Positions 11,201-20,757 of a stretch of DNA of 64,000 nucleotides are shown one piece after another. How positions within the stretch are numbered: position 1 is the stretch's first letter; each line of letters opens with the position of its first letter. Under the pieces are notes generated by a model that saw nothing but the letters and a program-made list of their open reading frames with translations, was not told the DNA's origin and searched no databases. Origin of the DNA: a virus (Duplodnaviria > Caudoviricetes); IMG/VR virus record IMGVR_UViG_3300042569_000831, positions 2,008 to 66,007 of that record; one strand, 5' to 3'. A program made the position numbers and the translations under genes.

Positions 11201-14200
11201 ACGCAGCAAGGCGCAAATGTTAGCGATAGCAATATCGTCAGCGAAGGGGAATTAACTCCTGAGCAAAAGAAGGAAAGAATTAAATCAAAGTTTGATTTTG
11301 TATCTGAAAATGATTTTGTACCTGAGGCGTTTACTAAAGAAGAAGACGCTCAGTATAGAGATTCTCTTGCTCCGTCAAGGTTTAAGACAGAAAAAGAACT
11401 GACTGATTTTCTTGAAAATAATGAGTACGCAATGTTGACCGGTCAGAATCCTGATGTGGTATCATTATCTAAAGGCGCAAACGCACAGTTAAACGATAAG
11501 GCTAAGCAATGGTTGGCAGATCGGGGGTTAACTGCTGAGCCTATATTTGGAAGGTACGATGGATCGGAAAGGTCGTTCTTGGTTCCTAATATGACTAAAG
11601 AACAGGCATTAGAGTTTTCTAATGATTTCCTGCAACAGTCCGTAGCTCATAGCGAAGGCCTTGTGTATAAGGATGGAACTATTAGAAAAAGAGTAGAAGG
11701 ATATAGTTTAGAACCTAGGTTTGATGCTGACGGAAACAATTACTCTACATTAAAAATAGGCGATAAAAAGGTAGACTTTTCTATAAATTATGATTGGGTT
11801 AGTCCTGTATCTAAAATGGAGGCGCCTAAGCCATTGCCTGCAAAAAACCAAAAGTCTACGGAAATAGCTACCGAATTATCAAGGGAATTAACAGGTCCGA
11901 GTGATATGATTGAATCAGTTAGTCAATCACTTAAGGCTACCGGTATTAATACGGTTCAGTTATCAGGTGAAGAGTTTGCCGCAAGGGCTGCTAAGGATGG
12001 CGCTCAGGCTGACAGTATGGGTTACTTTGACGATCAAGCCAAGGAGTTTGTTTTGAATAAAGATAAGGCTGATAAAGCTACGGTAATTCACGAAGGTGCT
12101 CATCCGGTAATGAATATTATCTACAATACCAATAGGCCATTGTACGACAAGGTTGTTTCCGGAATGAAGCAGGCTGCTGCTAAGAATGCAGGTGTTCAGT
12201 CAGCCATCGAGTTCGGGGGGCAATACGAAATGCAGGAAGGAGAAACAAAGGAGCAAGCGCAAGCCCGGATGGATAACGAAGCACTAGTGGAAACATTAGC
12301 TAAGATAGAAGATGGAGAGATAGACTTGGACGAATTACCAAAATCATTTAAGCAATCCTTAATTGACATGGTGAACTCCGTGGCCAAGTTTTTTGGATTT
12401 GATCAGGTACTTGATGATACTGACGTTGCTGCGTTCAAGAAATTAGTCGGACAGGTTTACGATGCACTAACTACCGGGGAGGATATCTCTAGTATTGTTG
12501 GCGTAGAAAATGTAACCAAGTTTGAGAATAAGATAGGGGAAGGGGTTCAAGAAAGAAGCTCGTTTGTTAATACCGATAAACTAAATTTATCAACAGACAA
12601 AAGAGGTAATGTAAAAATTGAATTAAAGAAAGTTCAGCCTACATCTGAATTAATGAGCGAATACAATAATGCAAGAAACGAAGCATTTAAAATAAGCGAT
12701 AGAGCTGAGGAGCAGTACGACAAAGGGAATGATAAGGAAGGGGATGCATTAATGATTGAATACAAGAAAGCTAGAAAGGACGCAGAAAGATTAATAAAGG
12801 GAACAACTGCATCTACAAGTTCTAGTATAGAGTTGCAAGACGTATTGCCTAAAGAATTTATAGATAAGTATCCTTCTTTAAGTGATATAAAAATAAAATC
12901 ATCTGACGTTTCTTTTGGCAATAGAGGTAATTACAATAAAGAAACTAATACTATTAATGTCATAACTAAAGGAGAAAACTTTGAGCATACATTGTCTCAC
13001 GAAATAGGTCATTTGTTGTGGGATAAAATATTGACTGATAATCAGAAGAAGTTATTTTCAGACAACAATCCTGTAACAGAGCATGGCAAAAAAGTCTTAG
13101 ATAATAAAGAAACAAATTATCAGGAATCTTATGGCGGGAAAAATATACATAATGAGGAGGATTTTGCAGAATTATTCGCAGATAATAATGGAAGTTTAGA
13201 TGATGCAATTAAAGCTAAGAAAAACCAATCCGCCACTTCTAAGAAGGTTCAAGAAAGAAAAACAGAATTACCTGAGAAGCAAGCAAGACAAATGACCGAG
13301 GATGGTAAAGGCAACTACGTATTCTACCACTACTCAGGTAAAAATATTAATACAATTGATCCTAACAAGTTCGGGAGTAACCTAGCTACAGGAAGAGACG
13401 AGAAGCCGGGAGTTGGAATATCAATGTATTACACAAAGAAGGACACATCAGAGCCGGGAGTTCCAAGTAATTTTGGTTATGTAGTTAGAGTTCCAAAAGA
13501 TAAGGTTTATTCTTTTAACGATGATCCGTTGAATTTATTGCCTGCCGCTGAGAAGTTATTTAAAAAGCAATATCCTAATCAGGCGTTTGACCCTAACAAG
13601 CAAATAGGTTTCTTAACAAAAGTAGCTAACAGTAAAGGATACAAGATGACTGTAGCTAATTGGAATATAAAAGGATCCTTTGCATTAAGAGCACAAACTA
13701 CAGAAGCATTAAAGCCTGAGAAGTACACAAGAATAAAGCCGGGTACGTTAAACCAAACAGAGGTTTTATCTCCCGAGCTTGACAAATTAAAGCCTAATTC
13801 TAAGAAGCGAGTTCAGCAAAGAGTTGATACATTAAGTGACGTAGAGAGAAAGCAGAAACAATTAGAAATAATTAATAAGGAGAATCCGGCACCAAATGAC
13901 TATAATACATGGATTAGAAAAGTAGAAGATATAAAAACAGCAGAAGAGGCATTTAAATCATCAGAAAAAGAAGGAGCTATGTATCCTGATTTTACCGAAA
14001 AGGATATGAAAGATGCTTTAAGTAGCGGGGAAGTAACTGTATATTCAAGTCAGCCTATAAAAGAAGGAGTTTTCGTTTCTCCGTCAAAAATAAATGCACA
14101 AGAATATGCAGGTGGCAAAACCGGCAAGCTGTATTCTGAGAAGGTGAAGCTAGAAGATGTTGCATGGATTGATGAAGGCGAAGGGCAGTTTGCATCAACT

Positions 14201-17176
14201 AAAGCAATAGAAGGCCTTTTAGGTAAGCCTAAGAAAGTTCAGCAAAGAAAGTCTGCTGTTGAAAAAACAAAAGAATTTAAGTTAGCTGCGTTTGTAATTA
14301 GAAAGAAATCAGAAGGCGCCTCTGTATTAGAATTAGCTACGGGTATAGCTTCTGTTATGCCGGGCATGTCGCCTGTTGAAATCAACAACTTGATTAACGA
14401 TCCTCAGCAGTACATAAGAGACAAGTTTAGCTACCTAAGCTCTCTTCTTCAAGAAAACTTAATAGCTAGAGCCGGAGGTCAAAACATTTACGCAAACATA
14501 CCTACTAAAAAAAGTGGAGCATTTTCTGCACTATCAGTAGACATATCTAGCATTGAAAACTACTTGTCTTCTAAAAAGAAAGGAAGAATTGATAAAGCGG
14601 TAAAATTCTTAGGCGATGTAAAAACTCAATGGTTTAGTGCTGCTAAAGGAGCTCCTAATTGGGTGCTTGCTTTGAGGGATATTTCTTCCGGAACTAGAAA
14701 CTTAGAAATAGATGTAGCTGTTAATACTACTAAGAAATTAAAGAAGACGGCTAATAGTATTAAATTTAATGATTGGGATGCGTTTACTAAGGCAATCAAA
14801 TCACTATCAGTTAACGCTACTCCTCAGCAGAACAGCTTGCAGGTAGTTCCGCCTGAAATACTAGCATTGCCTCAGGAAATACAGCCGTTTGTGTACGAGA
14901 TGAGAGATCAGATAGATGGACTTACCAAGGACCTTGTTGCGTCAGGGTACGTTACGCCCGATCAGGCCGTTGCGCTTGAATCAAATATTGGTCAGTACGT
15001 AAACAGAGCGTATAGATTGTTTAATGAAAAAGGATATAAGCCATCTAAGGAAGACATAGCTAATGCAATGAAATATTATTCCGATATTTATATTGACGAG
15101 TTAGCAAATAAGAATGCGGGAGTATTAACCTACGATCAGGTAAAGCAGAAAGCTATAGAGATGGCCGACATGGAAGTAAAGGATATTTTAAACAAAAAAG
15201 TAACTCCTTACTTTAAGTCAGGCGATTCTAGGAATGTTGATATACTTAAAAAGAAGGAAGATATTCCGGAGCCAATTAGAAAGTTAATGGGTGAGTACAC
15301 CGATCCGGGAACTGTATTTGTGATGACTGTTGCTAAGCAAGCTGCTTTAAGGTCTGCTAGTCAATTATTAACCGGCCTTAGAGATAGAGGCATGGGGTCT
15401 GTATTCTTTGAGGAGAATGACCCTGAAAGGCCCGATACTCATAGCGAACGAATAGTAGCAGAAGGTACTGAAACTAAGAATCCATTAGGAGGACTTTACA
15501 CGACTCCTGAGATGGCCGCTCAGTTACAGGGTATAGCTAAAACTACAAACCAAGTTTTAGATGTATGGATGAAATTAGTTGGTACTGTTAGATGGGGAAA
15601 GACTGTTGGATCCGTGGTTACTCAGGTTAAAAACTTTGAAAGTAACGTTGGATTTGCGGTAATGAATGGATTAATATTTACCGGTAAGTCGGGGCAGGGA
15701 TTAAAAGGAGCTGCTAGTTATTATGGCGGAAGAATAAGTGGAAGAGAGTTGGATGAATTAACAGCTAAGGTGGTTAGCTTAGGACTTGTTGGCCAAGGCG
15801 TTAACGCAATGGAGCTTAAAAAAATGCTCGGTTCGGGGGACGTACATGACATAGCTGTAGATTTAGCAGTAAATGGAAGATCTAATTACGCTAAAGCAAG
15901 AAACTTTGTATCAGCGCCAATAAGAGCAGCTAATAAGTTTTATCAATTAAGTGATGACTTTTGGAAAGTTTACGCTTACATGAACGAAAGGCACTTAATA
16001 GCTAAGGCGATGTTCGGAAAATCATACGACAAACTAACAGAAGATCAGCAAGTTGATGTGGACATAGAATCGTCCGAAAGAGTTAAGAGCACATGGCCAA
16101 CCTACGACCGTGTATGGGAGGGTGCTAAATACTTGTCAGAAAGAGTTCCACTAATAGGTAACTTTATTTCCTTCCAAGCTGAATCAGTGAGAGTGTTATC
16201 AAATACTGTTAAAATAGCCTTAAAGGATATTAAATCAGGCGACCCGGGCTTTCAAGCGTTAGGGTACAGAAGGCTCTTTGGAATAGCTTCTTACCTATCA
16301 ATAAGAGCAGGATTAACTTACGCTGCCGCTACCTCAGCAGGTATGGCTGTTGCAGGATTGTTAGGAATTATTACAGGGGATGATGAAGAAAAGGAAAAGC
16401 TAAAGGGGATTAAGGACGCCTTACCTCAGTTCATGAAGACCGGGGACTTGTTAGTAATCAAAGGCGATAAGCCGGGAGTATTCACTGTTTACAATATGTC
16501 TTCCATAGACCCTTACAACGTAATGTTTAATACAATGAATGCACTGACAGAGGGCAGGGAAGGAATGGATGCAGGTCCGGCTGCTGCGGTTACTGAGTTC
16601 TTTAATGGATTCATGGAGCCCGAAATGACTTACGAGACTGTATCAAGCTTATTAAGTAATAGAAGCTTAAAAACAGGCGATAAGATTTACTTAGATGCAG
16701 ACAATCCGGGTGACAAGATTCTTAAAGGAGCCAAGTACGTATGGGATAATTTAGAGCCATCGTCAGTTTCATTGGTGAATAGATTAATGGAGAAGGAAAA
16801 TAAGGGAGCAGAAGTTTCCGCTGTATTCGGAGCAAGACCTTACGATGTAGACTTGAACAGGTCGTTTAGAATATTATTATCCACTACTACTCAGGATTTA
16901 GAAACTATAAATAAGCAGTACGGAGCGATAAAGAAAAGCGAAACAGCTACAGCCGAAGAGAAGAAAGCGGCAGAGAAGGAGGCAGAAGAAAAGATTGCCT
17001 ATTACTCAGAAAGAATAGGCAATACTTATAAAAGATTCTTATTATTAGGTGCTAGCAAGGAAGAGCTAGACAATATAGTTAAAGAGAAGAGAGCTGTTAA
17101 ATCAACCGGATGGAGTAAGCAATTAAAGAAATCCATCATATCAGGCAAGATTAACAAGGACGACTTTTTAAAGTAG
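8207..17176 (+). CDS. giant polyvalent cargo protein (two HExxH metallopeptidase-like and ADP-ribosyltransferase-like modules)
   Basis: 2989 aa; HEGAH and HEIGH motifs, 'FYHYSGK' and 'VTVYSS...FVSPSK...EYAG' ART-like segments, hydrophobic helices in the C-terminal region. Confidence 0.7.
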   Translation: MPDKIKDFFKAEIAPTGLFKSEDEFRTYISDPKNASSFYESEVKPVGLFKDAEEFNSFLGLKKNDGLVSPTQNQQEVLPSNLAPTQSSVQNPRIEPSQEEDLSLLSVDELSKRYNKSKETINAYKEQVDKFKQEGEKGQVRLSGVANLYNYENNNLKNIADAYNQKIQQKAPKTPEPAPQAPTLLAKVREYQKIANAPVTKDYELNSMGDLDEVDNPASLKSKENAKVEYDKLIKEYATTTGISEDDLKQTLNDFPKISEDQKLVDYTKQRLENPAAYKRQKAASSWSNGLNDALVDYNQKAIAENKKPPIGNPVRFANQKREDLKVILKGANPYSQFINFTENLRKEISYLPNEVVNGIMKNVAIEGQGILEGAPDKDQYISSDPKSKNLNKYQVSWLNSIKISDPDLYKNRTRLLSVPMSKLEEQSSAKNEFSSLSPTSAIGASKAASAARNQRLASERVQLEAEEGGISMAKEDKTEKLDDLIRKSKTTGITQQEKEVADQLIVDLNQLDKDSKALNEKYPLATKDRDDQLLFSATGGELNRAERFAAKTVKGFDNALGFISDIISTPFMSKEQRVIQDLDELGGKRRFETKTARKQDDIVVGNYTINATPEFLKYIEEVDNDKSLTFEQKQQKKRDKYREDPYLITIKRNDNAGDLLFTSETVLNAVEDFGSQILPQLGLSAITGGGAAISKLRSLSTLFGTTFASGYKDNYLSAVEEGDAAPSTTAFRNTSIDALYELIGDDLAMVKKVFGKASGSIGKLVNSIDEAEWNKILSKKTGAFRAVKNVAKSFGKDVLLEGAKEATGEAAAAGTTSYLDNKEAYEPMKTAFVNTFVGSVATMGLGTVFNYKNITRAEKYAMYAAGANSSAYLADIDESLKNGTITEDEANKRRQVIQSMSNIVNEMPKVDGMSDNEVVDFAFNKYIQEQAGKAEKVIPDNAKVKELVQNLNNENNNIINAATESTQQAGSTESNIGQPTGTLQGQQEVGEGQQGEATQQGANVSDSNIVSEGELTPEQKKERIKSKFDFVSENDFVPEAFTKEEDAQYRDSLAPSRFKTEKELTDFLENNEYAMLTGQNPDVVSLSKGANAQLNDKAKQWLADRGLTAEPIFGRYDGSERSFLVPNMTKEQALEFSNDFLQQSVAHSEGLVYKDGTIRKRVEGYSLEPRFDADGNNYSTLKIGDKKVDFSINYDWVSPVSKMEAPKPLPAKNQKSTEIATELSRELTGPSDMIESVSQSLKATGINTVQLSGEEFAARAAKDGAQADSMGYFDDQAKEFVLNKDKADKATVIHEGAHPVMNIIYNTNRPLYDKVVSGMKQAAAKNAGVQSAIEFGGQYEMQEGETKEQAQARMDNEALVETLAKIEDGEIDLDELPKSFKQSLIDMVNSVAKFFGFDQVLDDTDVAAFKKLVGQVYDALTTGEDISSIVGVENVTKFENKIGEGVQERSSFVNTDKLNLSTDKRGNVKIELKKVQPTSELMSEYNNARNEAFKISDRAEEQYDKGNDKEGDALMIEYKKARKDAERLIKGTTASTSSSIELQDVLPKEFIDKYPSLSDIKIKSSDVSFGNRGNYNKETNTINVITKGENFEHTLSHEIGHLLWDKILTDNQKKLFSDNNPVTEHGKKVLDNKETNYQESYGGKNIHNEEDFAELFADNNGSLDDAIKAKKNQSATSKKVQERKTELPEKQARQMTEDGKGNYVFYHYSGKNINTIDPNKFGSNLATGRDEKPGVGISMYYTKKDTSEPGVPSNFGYVVRVPKDKVYSFNDDPLNLLPAAEKLFKKQYPNQAFDPNKQIGFLTKVANSKGYKMTVANWNIKGSFALRAQTTEALKPEKYTRIKPGTLNQTEVLSPELDKLKPNSKKRVQQRVDTLSDVERKQKQLEIINKENPAPNDYNTWIRKVEDIKTAEEAFKSSEKEGAMYPDFTEKDMKDALSSGEVTVYSSQPIKEGVFVSPSKINAQEYAGGKTGKLYSEKVKLEDVAWIDEGEGQFASTKAIEGLLGKPKKVQQRKSAVEKTKEFKLAAFVIRKKSEGASVLELATGIASVMPGMSPVEINNLINDPQQYIRDKFSYLSSLLQENLIARAGGQNIYANIPTKKSGAFSALSVDISSIENYLSSKKKGRIDKAVKFLGDVKTQWFSAAKGAPNWVLALRDISSGTRNLEIDVAVNTTKKLKKTANSIKFNDWDAFTKAIKSLSVNATPQQNSLQVVPPEILALPQEIQPFVYEMRDQIDGLTKDLVASGYVTPDQAVALESNIGQYVNRAYRLFNEKGYKPSKEDIANAMKYYSDIYIDELANKNAGVLTYDQVKQKAIEMADMEVKDILNKKVTPYFKSGDSRNVDILKKKEDIPEPIRKLMGEYTDPGTVFVMTVAKQAALRSASQLLTGLRDRGMGSVFFEENDPERPDTHSERIVAEGTETKNPLGGLYTTPEMAAQLQGIAKTTNQVLDVWMKLVGTVRWGKTVGSVVTQVKNFESNVGFAVMNGLIFTGKSGQGLKGAASYYGGRISGRELDELTAKVVSLGLVGQGVNAMELKKMLGSGDVHDIAVDLAVNGRSNYAKARNFVSAPIRAANKFYQLSDDFWKVYAYMNERHLIAKAMFGKSYDKLTEDQQVDVDIESSERVKSTWPTYDRVWEGAKYLSERVPLIGNFISFQAESVRVLSNTVKIALKDIKSGDPGFQALGYRRLFGIASYLSIRAGLTYAAATSAGMAVAGLLGIITGDDEEKEKLKGIKDALPQFMKTGDLLVIKGDKPGVFTVYNMSSIDPYNVMFNTMNALTEGREGMDAGPAAAVTEFFNGFMEPEMTYETVSSLLSNRSLKTGDKIYLDADNPGDKILKGAKYVWDNLEPSSVSLVNRLMEKENKGAEVSAVFGARPYDVDLNRSFRILLSTTTQDLETINKQYGAIKKSETATAEEKKAAEKEAEEKIAYYSERIGNTYKRFLLLGASKEELDNIVKEKRAVKSTGWSKQLKKSIISGKINKDDFLK
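11088..11255 (+). CDS. overprinted small basic phage protein (MPLQKAH...MLAIAISSAKGN)
   Basis: 55-aa ORF in the +1 frame of the giant gene, with an A-rich leader; resembles the widespread 'MPLKK..IS.NI.E..GK..QA.AIAL' phage family. Confidence 0.65.
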   Translation: MPLQKAHNKQGLQKAISANLRELYKDNKKLEKGNKGKPRSKAQMLAIAISSAKGN

Positions 17177-17488
17177 ACTCTTAGCGTAACGCTCTATCTC
17201 TAGTCTACCCTCTACGGTAAGGTTGCTCATTATCCGGGCAACCTCATCGTAGATTAATGTATCATCAAACTCTTTGTCCCTTACATCGGTTAGCGATCTC
17301 GGCACCCTTAAGTCAAGGGCGGTTTTGATATAGTCTATTTTCTTCCCTAATGGCCTGATAACATCGTTCTTTGCTCCAACGTGGAAGTCTCGGTCTGCTA
17401 TTAGACTATCACAATACATCTTAGCATTCTTGATGCTTTTGTACATTAAGCACATTGTTTCGCTCTGCGTGTTCGTTAGTTTTATCAT
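17168..17488 (-). CDS. hypothetical protein
   Basis: ORF converging on, and overlapping, the stop of the giant gene. Confidence 0.6.
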   Translation of the reverse strand: MIKLTNTQSETMCLMYKSIKNAKMYCDSLIADRDFHVGAKNDVIRPLGKKIDYIKTALDLRVPRSLTDVRDKEFDDTLIYDEVARIMSNLTVEGRLEIERYAKSLL

Positions 17489-17606
17489 TAATTTCGTTTT
17501 CTAATTTTACTAATATTTGCCCTATTACTATCCCTATCTTAAGGGTATCACCTTCTTCAATAGCCCTAGATAGCGATACGTGTATGTTCTTAAGTAGGTC
17601 AATCAT
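17421..17606 (-). CDS. hypothetical protein
   Basis: Coupled ORF in the - strand operon. Confidence 0.5.
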   Translation of the reverse strand: MIDLLKNIHVSLSRAIEEGDTLKIGIVIGQILVKLENEINDKTNEHAERNNVLNVQKHQEC

Positions 17607-17830
17607 AACTTGTCGTTTAATAATTTTAATACATCATTTTTTTCAATCCACTCCCTAATCAATAGGGAGTCCTCGTGTACGTACGAGTCTTCATCCCAAG
17701 TAAATTGCACTATAGCGTTGCGCTTGATTTTTTCTGTACCAAACTCGTGAGTAAAACTCTCGTCCACCTCTTCTACCTCACCGTAGAATGTGACGTACAG
17801 GTCTTCTGTTATTTCAACTTCAATTTCCAT
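17603..17830 (-). CDS. acidic hypothetical protein
   Basis: ATG ORF, coupled to the next gene. Confidence 0.55.
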   Translation of the reverse strand: MEIEVEITEDLYVTFYGEVEEVDESFTHEFGTEKIKRNAIVQFTWDEDSYVHEDSLLIREWIEKNDVLKLLNDKL

Positions 17831-17987
17831 ATTGCTATTGTTTGAATATAATTATTATTATTTGAAGCCTTTAATTGTACTGTAAGATATTTTATTGGTA
17901 AACAGTGTGTAGTTCTTGTATTATTATTAATAAGGTTCTTCCATACCTCAATAAAATGTGTTGGATTATTCATGGGTAAATGTTTGG

Positions 17988-18239
17988 TTATAATATTTCA
18001 ATTTCAGATTTTAAAAACTCTTGTTTAGATAATTCCATTCCCGAATTAAATTTAGTATTAAAAGAAATTTCCGCTAACTTTTCAGATGGTATTAGTTGTT
18101 GTTTAATTAAATCATAAACATTTAATATTGCTTTACTATCTGAAGATTTTAAAATACCATCTAATCCTTTAACAACATTTATTTGAGTTTCTATCCATTC
18201 ATTACTAATAAGTGAATAGTCTTGTAGTTTAATTTTCAT
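17988..18239 (-). CDS. hypothetical protein
   Basis: ATG ORF in an AT-rich accessory region. Confidence 0.55.
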   Translation of the reverse strand: MKIKLQDYSLISNEWIETQINVVKGLDGILKSSDSKAILNVYDLIKQQLIPSEKLAEISFNTKFNSGMELSKQEFLKSEIEIL

Positions 18240-18242
18240 ATA

Positions 18243-19142
18243 TTATTTCTTTTTAAATTTATTACACCATTCAATAAATAATTCTTCATTAGTTCTTTCT
18301 TTACCTGAAATTTGATTAACCTCTAAGTAGACCCATATTGCAAAATCAATCATATCTTTTTTAGTAAACATTCTTCCTTCCATCCATTTAGCGCCTTCAA
18401 TAAACTCATTTCTTAATTCAGAGTCTTTTTCAGACATACTTCTTGGATATTTTTCAAAGGCAAGTTCTTCTATTGTTTCTTTAGGTATAAACTGTCTATA
18501 ACAAGTTATTTCATTACAACCCTTCATTTGTTCTCTTAGTGTTTTATCGCAAAAATTACAAATCTCTTGTTCAGATTTTTCGATTAGGACTTTAACAAAA
18601 CACCCACAATCATGTCCCGGACTATCCAAAAAACAACCGTTTCCATTATTGCCATTACATTCGCCGATGTATTTTTGTTTAGATTCTTCTTGTGGGATGA
18701 TGATTTTATAAGGTTTGATAAATCTCATTTTTGGATACGGTACAGTATCATCCTGTTCTTTTTCCAATGTTGCAACCTCACAACTACTGTTCTTTACAAA
18801 CCACTCTGCAAATGTATTATCAATAGCTTGTACTCCGCTAACTATTAAATCTTCGTCTGTTGTCAGGATGACTTTTTTACAATATTCTGCACCAATGGCC
18901 ATGCCACCACTATTAGTGACATAGTATATAGTTTTTGAATTTTTTGTATGGCATCTATGTAAATAACCCCCTGTAGTGATGAACCATTCTCCTTCTTTAA
19001 TTTCTAAATCAGCAGTAATATAGATGTGTTGGTTAATTGTATGACCACCTGAATTTTGCAAGATGCTATCTAAGTGTAATTTACCGTTATTAGAGTATAA
19101 CCTACTTGGTTTATCTGTAGGGATTAAGTGAATATTTTTCAT
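18243..19142 (-). CDS. mosaic hypothetical protein with Cys-rich inserts
   Basis: 299-aa ORF 'MKNIHLIPTDKPSRL...KKVILTTD'. Confidence 0.65.
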   Translation of the reverse strand: MKNIHLIPTDKPSRLYSNNGKLHLDSILQNSGGHTINQHIYITADLEIKEGEWFITTGGYLHRCHTKNSKTIYYVTNSGGMAIGAEYCKKVILTTDEDLIVSGVQAIDNTFAEWFVKNSSCEVATLEKEQDDTVPYPKMRFIKPYKIIIPQEESKQKYIGECNGNNGNGCFLDSPGHDCGCFVKVLIEKSEQEICNFCDKTLREQMKGCNEITCYRQFIPKETIEELAFEKYPRSMSEKDSELRNEFIEGAKWMEGRMFTKKDMIDFAIWVYLEVNQISGKERTNEELFIEWCNKFKKK

Positions 19143-19277
19143 CTGTGAATTTTTTTGAATTTATAATGAGTGTATATACTAGATCCGCAGGCCTGAGTCT
19201 CGGATGGTGTTCTACAGGACTGTAAATATACAAGTAGAATAATTGCAATCAAAATCTTTTTCATGTTTTTTTTGTTT

Positions 19278-19325
19278 CGCAGTATTGTAATACCCCGCAA
19301 TGCGGGGATATGTGAGTTATAAGAA
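19278..19325 (+). other. attI-like site 1
   Basis: CGCAGTATTGTAATACCCCGCAATGCGGGGATATGTGA-GTTATAAG; palindromic, lacks an attC body; homologous copy at 32611. Confidence 0.5.
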
Positions 19326-19335
19326 ATAGCTACGT

Positions 19336-19542
19336 TTAGTAGTTTTCAAGATAATCTCTAACTTCTTCCCAATAATCTTTTCCTAAAAACATACCAAAAG
19401 GATTAATTGATTTTATAATCTCATCAACTGCTATTAATGCACATAATACTGCATCCTCATCAGTTATTTTTATATTTCTTTTGTTAAATAAATCATCCTT
19501 TATTTTATTTACAATTTGCTTAGCTTTTTCTTTTGCATCCAT
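19336..19542 (-). CDS. cassette 1 hypothetical protein
   Basis: 'AKEKAK...CALIAVDEII...YWEEV' small phage protein lying within cassette ends. Confidence 0.65.
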   Translation of the reverse strand: MDAKEKAKQIVNKIKDDLFNKRNIKITDEDAVLCALIAVDEIIKSINPFGMFLGKDYWEEVRDYLENY

Positions 19543-19570
19543 AATTACTATTTGTGTTTATATCCGCTAC

Positions 19571-19699
19571 TTCTTATAACAGCAATTTGTATAAAAGGCT
19601 TGTTTAGTGTATGTCGGATAGTTTTGTTGATATTCTTTTTTATTTGTTGTGTTTTAGCTTAATTCACGCCACTTATACAAGTTGCAAAACGTTATAAGC
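19571..19699 (+). repeat. attC-like site 1
   Basis: TTATAAC-AGCAATTTGTATAA...TTATACAAGTTGC-AAAAC-GTTATAA. Confidence 0.8.
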
Positions 19700-19704
19700 A
19701 AGTG

Positions 19705-20523
19705 CTACATTTCGTTTCCAAATAAAGTTCCTACCCATAAGTCTTTTTCTTTTCTTTTTTCTTCCACTTCTTTTTTTGATTTCCCACTGTTAGTAGTTAA
19801 TAACTCCATAAACATATCATAATTTTCATTATGATTATTTTCGCCATATTTTATTTTAACCACTAAATCGTGCTTAATTTGGTCTATCTTAGGGTAAGGT
19901 AGGGTTTCAACAATCAAATCCGAAATACATTTTTTGTCAAAAAAATAGAAATATCTATACTGTCCTCCAAAAACTTTGTATAATGGTGTTCCATAAATAC
20001 CTTCTAATACACGTCTTTCTATTGTTTTATGTTTATGCCACAAAGAAACACTGTGCAATCTTTCACCATCTTTTGTGTACCAAACTCCGCCATCTTTTCT
20101 AAATCCAGTATAAATAAAATTACTTGCTTGGTATATAGTGCCGTTTTTGTTCATCATACCGTCTGCAAATGAAATAACCCATTTAAGTTTAGGGTTTAAT
20201 TTTTTTACCATTTTTAATGACTTTGCGATAACATAGCTTTCAGAATTAAACCCTAATTTATCATCAAGCCACAACCTGTTTAGTTCTAAAAATTCATCTT
20301 GTTTAGTGTTTTTTACCCACTGTGCTGTTTTTTTAGGCATTATCCCAAACCCATATTGAGCAACTCCTAATAAATCACTGCTGTAAAAAATGCCTATATG
20401 GTACTTAACACCTTTTACGGATGTACCGCTATAATGATTTTTTTCAATAATTGAGTTAGCTACTTTTGGTTCTATTAGCTCTAAATGTATGTTCTTAAAA
20501 TCTATATTTTGTTTCTTTTGCAT
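19705..20523 (-). CDS. Mom-like (GNAT-fold) DNA adenine-modification protein
   Basis: 'HYSG', 'LELNRLW', 'ISFAD...GTIYQASNFIYTG' Mom-family motifs. Confidence 0.75.
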   Translation of the reverse strand: MQKKQNIDFKNIHLELIEPKVANSIIEKNHYSGTSVKGVKYHIGIFYSSDLLGVAQYGFGIMPKKTAQWVKNTKQDEFLELNRLWLDDKLGFNSESYVIAKSLKMVKKLNPKLKWVISFADGMMNKNGTIYQASNFIYTGFRKDGGVWYTKDGERLHSVSLWHKHKTIERRVLEGIYGTPLYKVFGGQYRYFYFFDKKCISDLIVETLPYPKIDQIKHDLVVKIKYGENNHNENYDMFMELLTTNSGKSKKEVEEKRKEKDLWVGTLFGNEM

Positions 20524-20617
20524 ATTTCAATTTTTTGTTTTATTTTCCCACCGCACAAAAAAGAAAAGAAAAAGGTTTTGTCTTTCAAATCAAGTTCTAC
20601 ACTATAATACCGCACCA

Positions 20618-20753
20618 GCTTATAACAGCGTGTATATGCAAGTGGCGGTTCTGTGGTTTATCCAACATTCGTTATTCTATCAAACTATCTGCGTAATTGA
20701 AAGGTAAGTGCTTCTAATCGCCACCTGACATATACACGCAAAACGTTAGGTGC
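20618..20753 (+). repeat. attC-like site 2
   Basis: TAAC-AGCGTGTATATGCAAGTGGCG...CGCCACCTGACATATACACGC-AAAAC-GTTA, with extra bases on the right arm. Confidence 0.85.
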
Positions 20754-20757
20754 AATG

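Noticed and set aside
8207-17176. Virion RNA polymerase as in canonical crAss phages or N4
   Set aside because: No DxDxD/DFDxD or T7-type catalytic motifs were recognised in the translation
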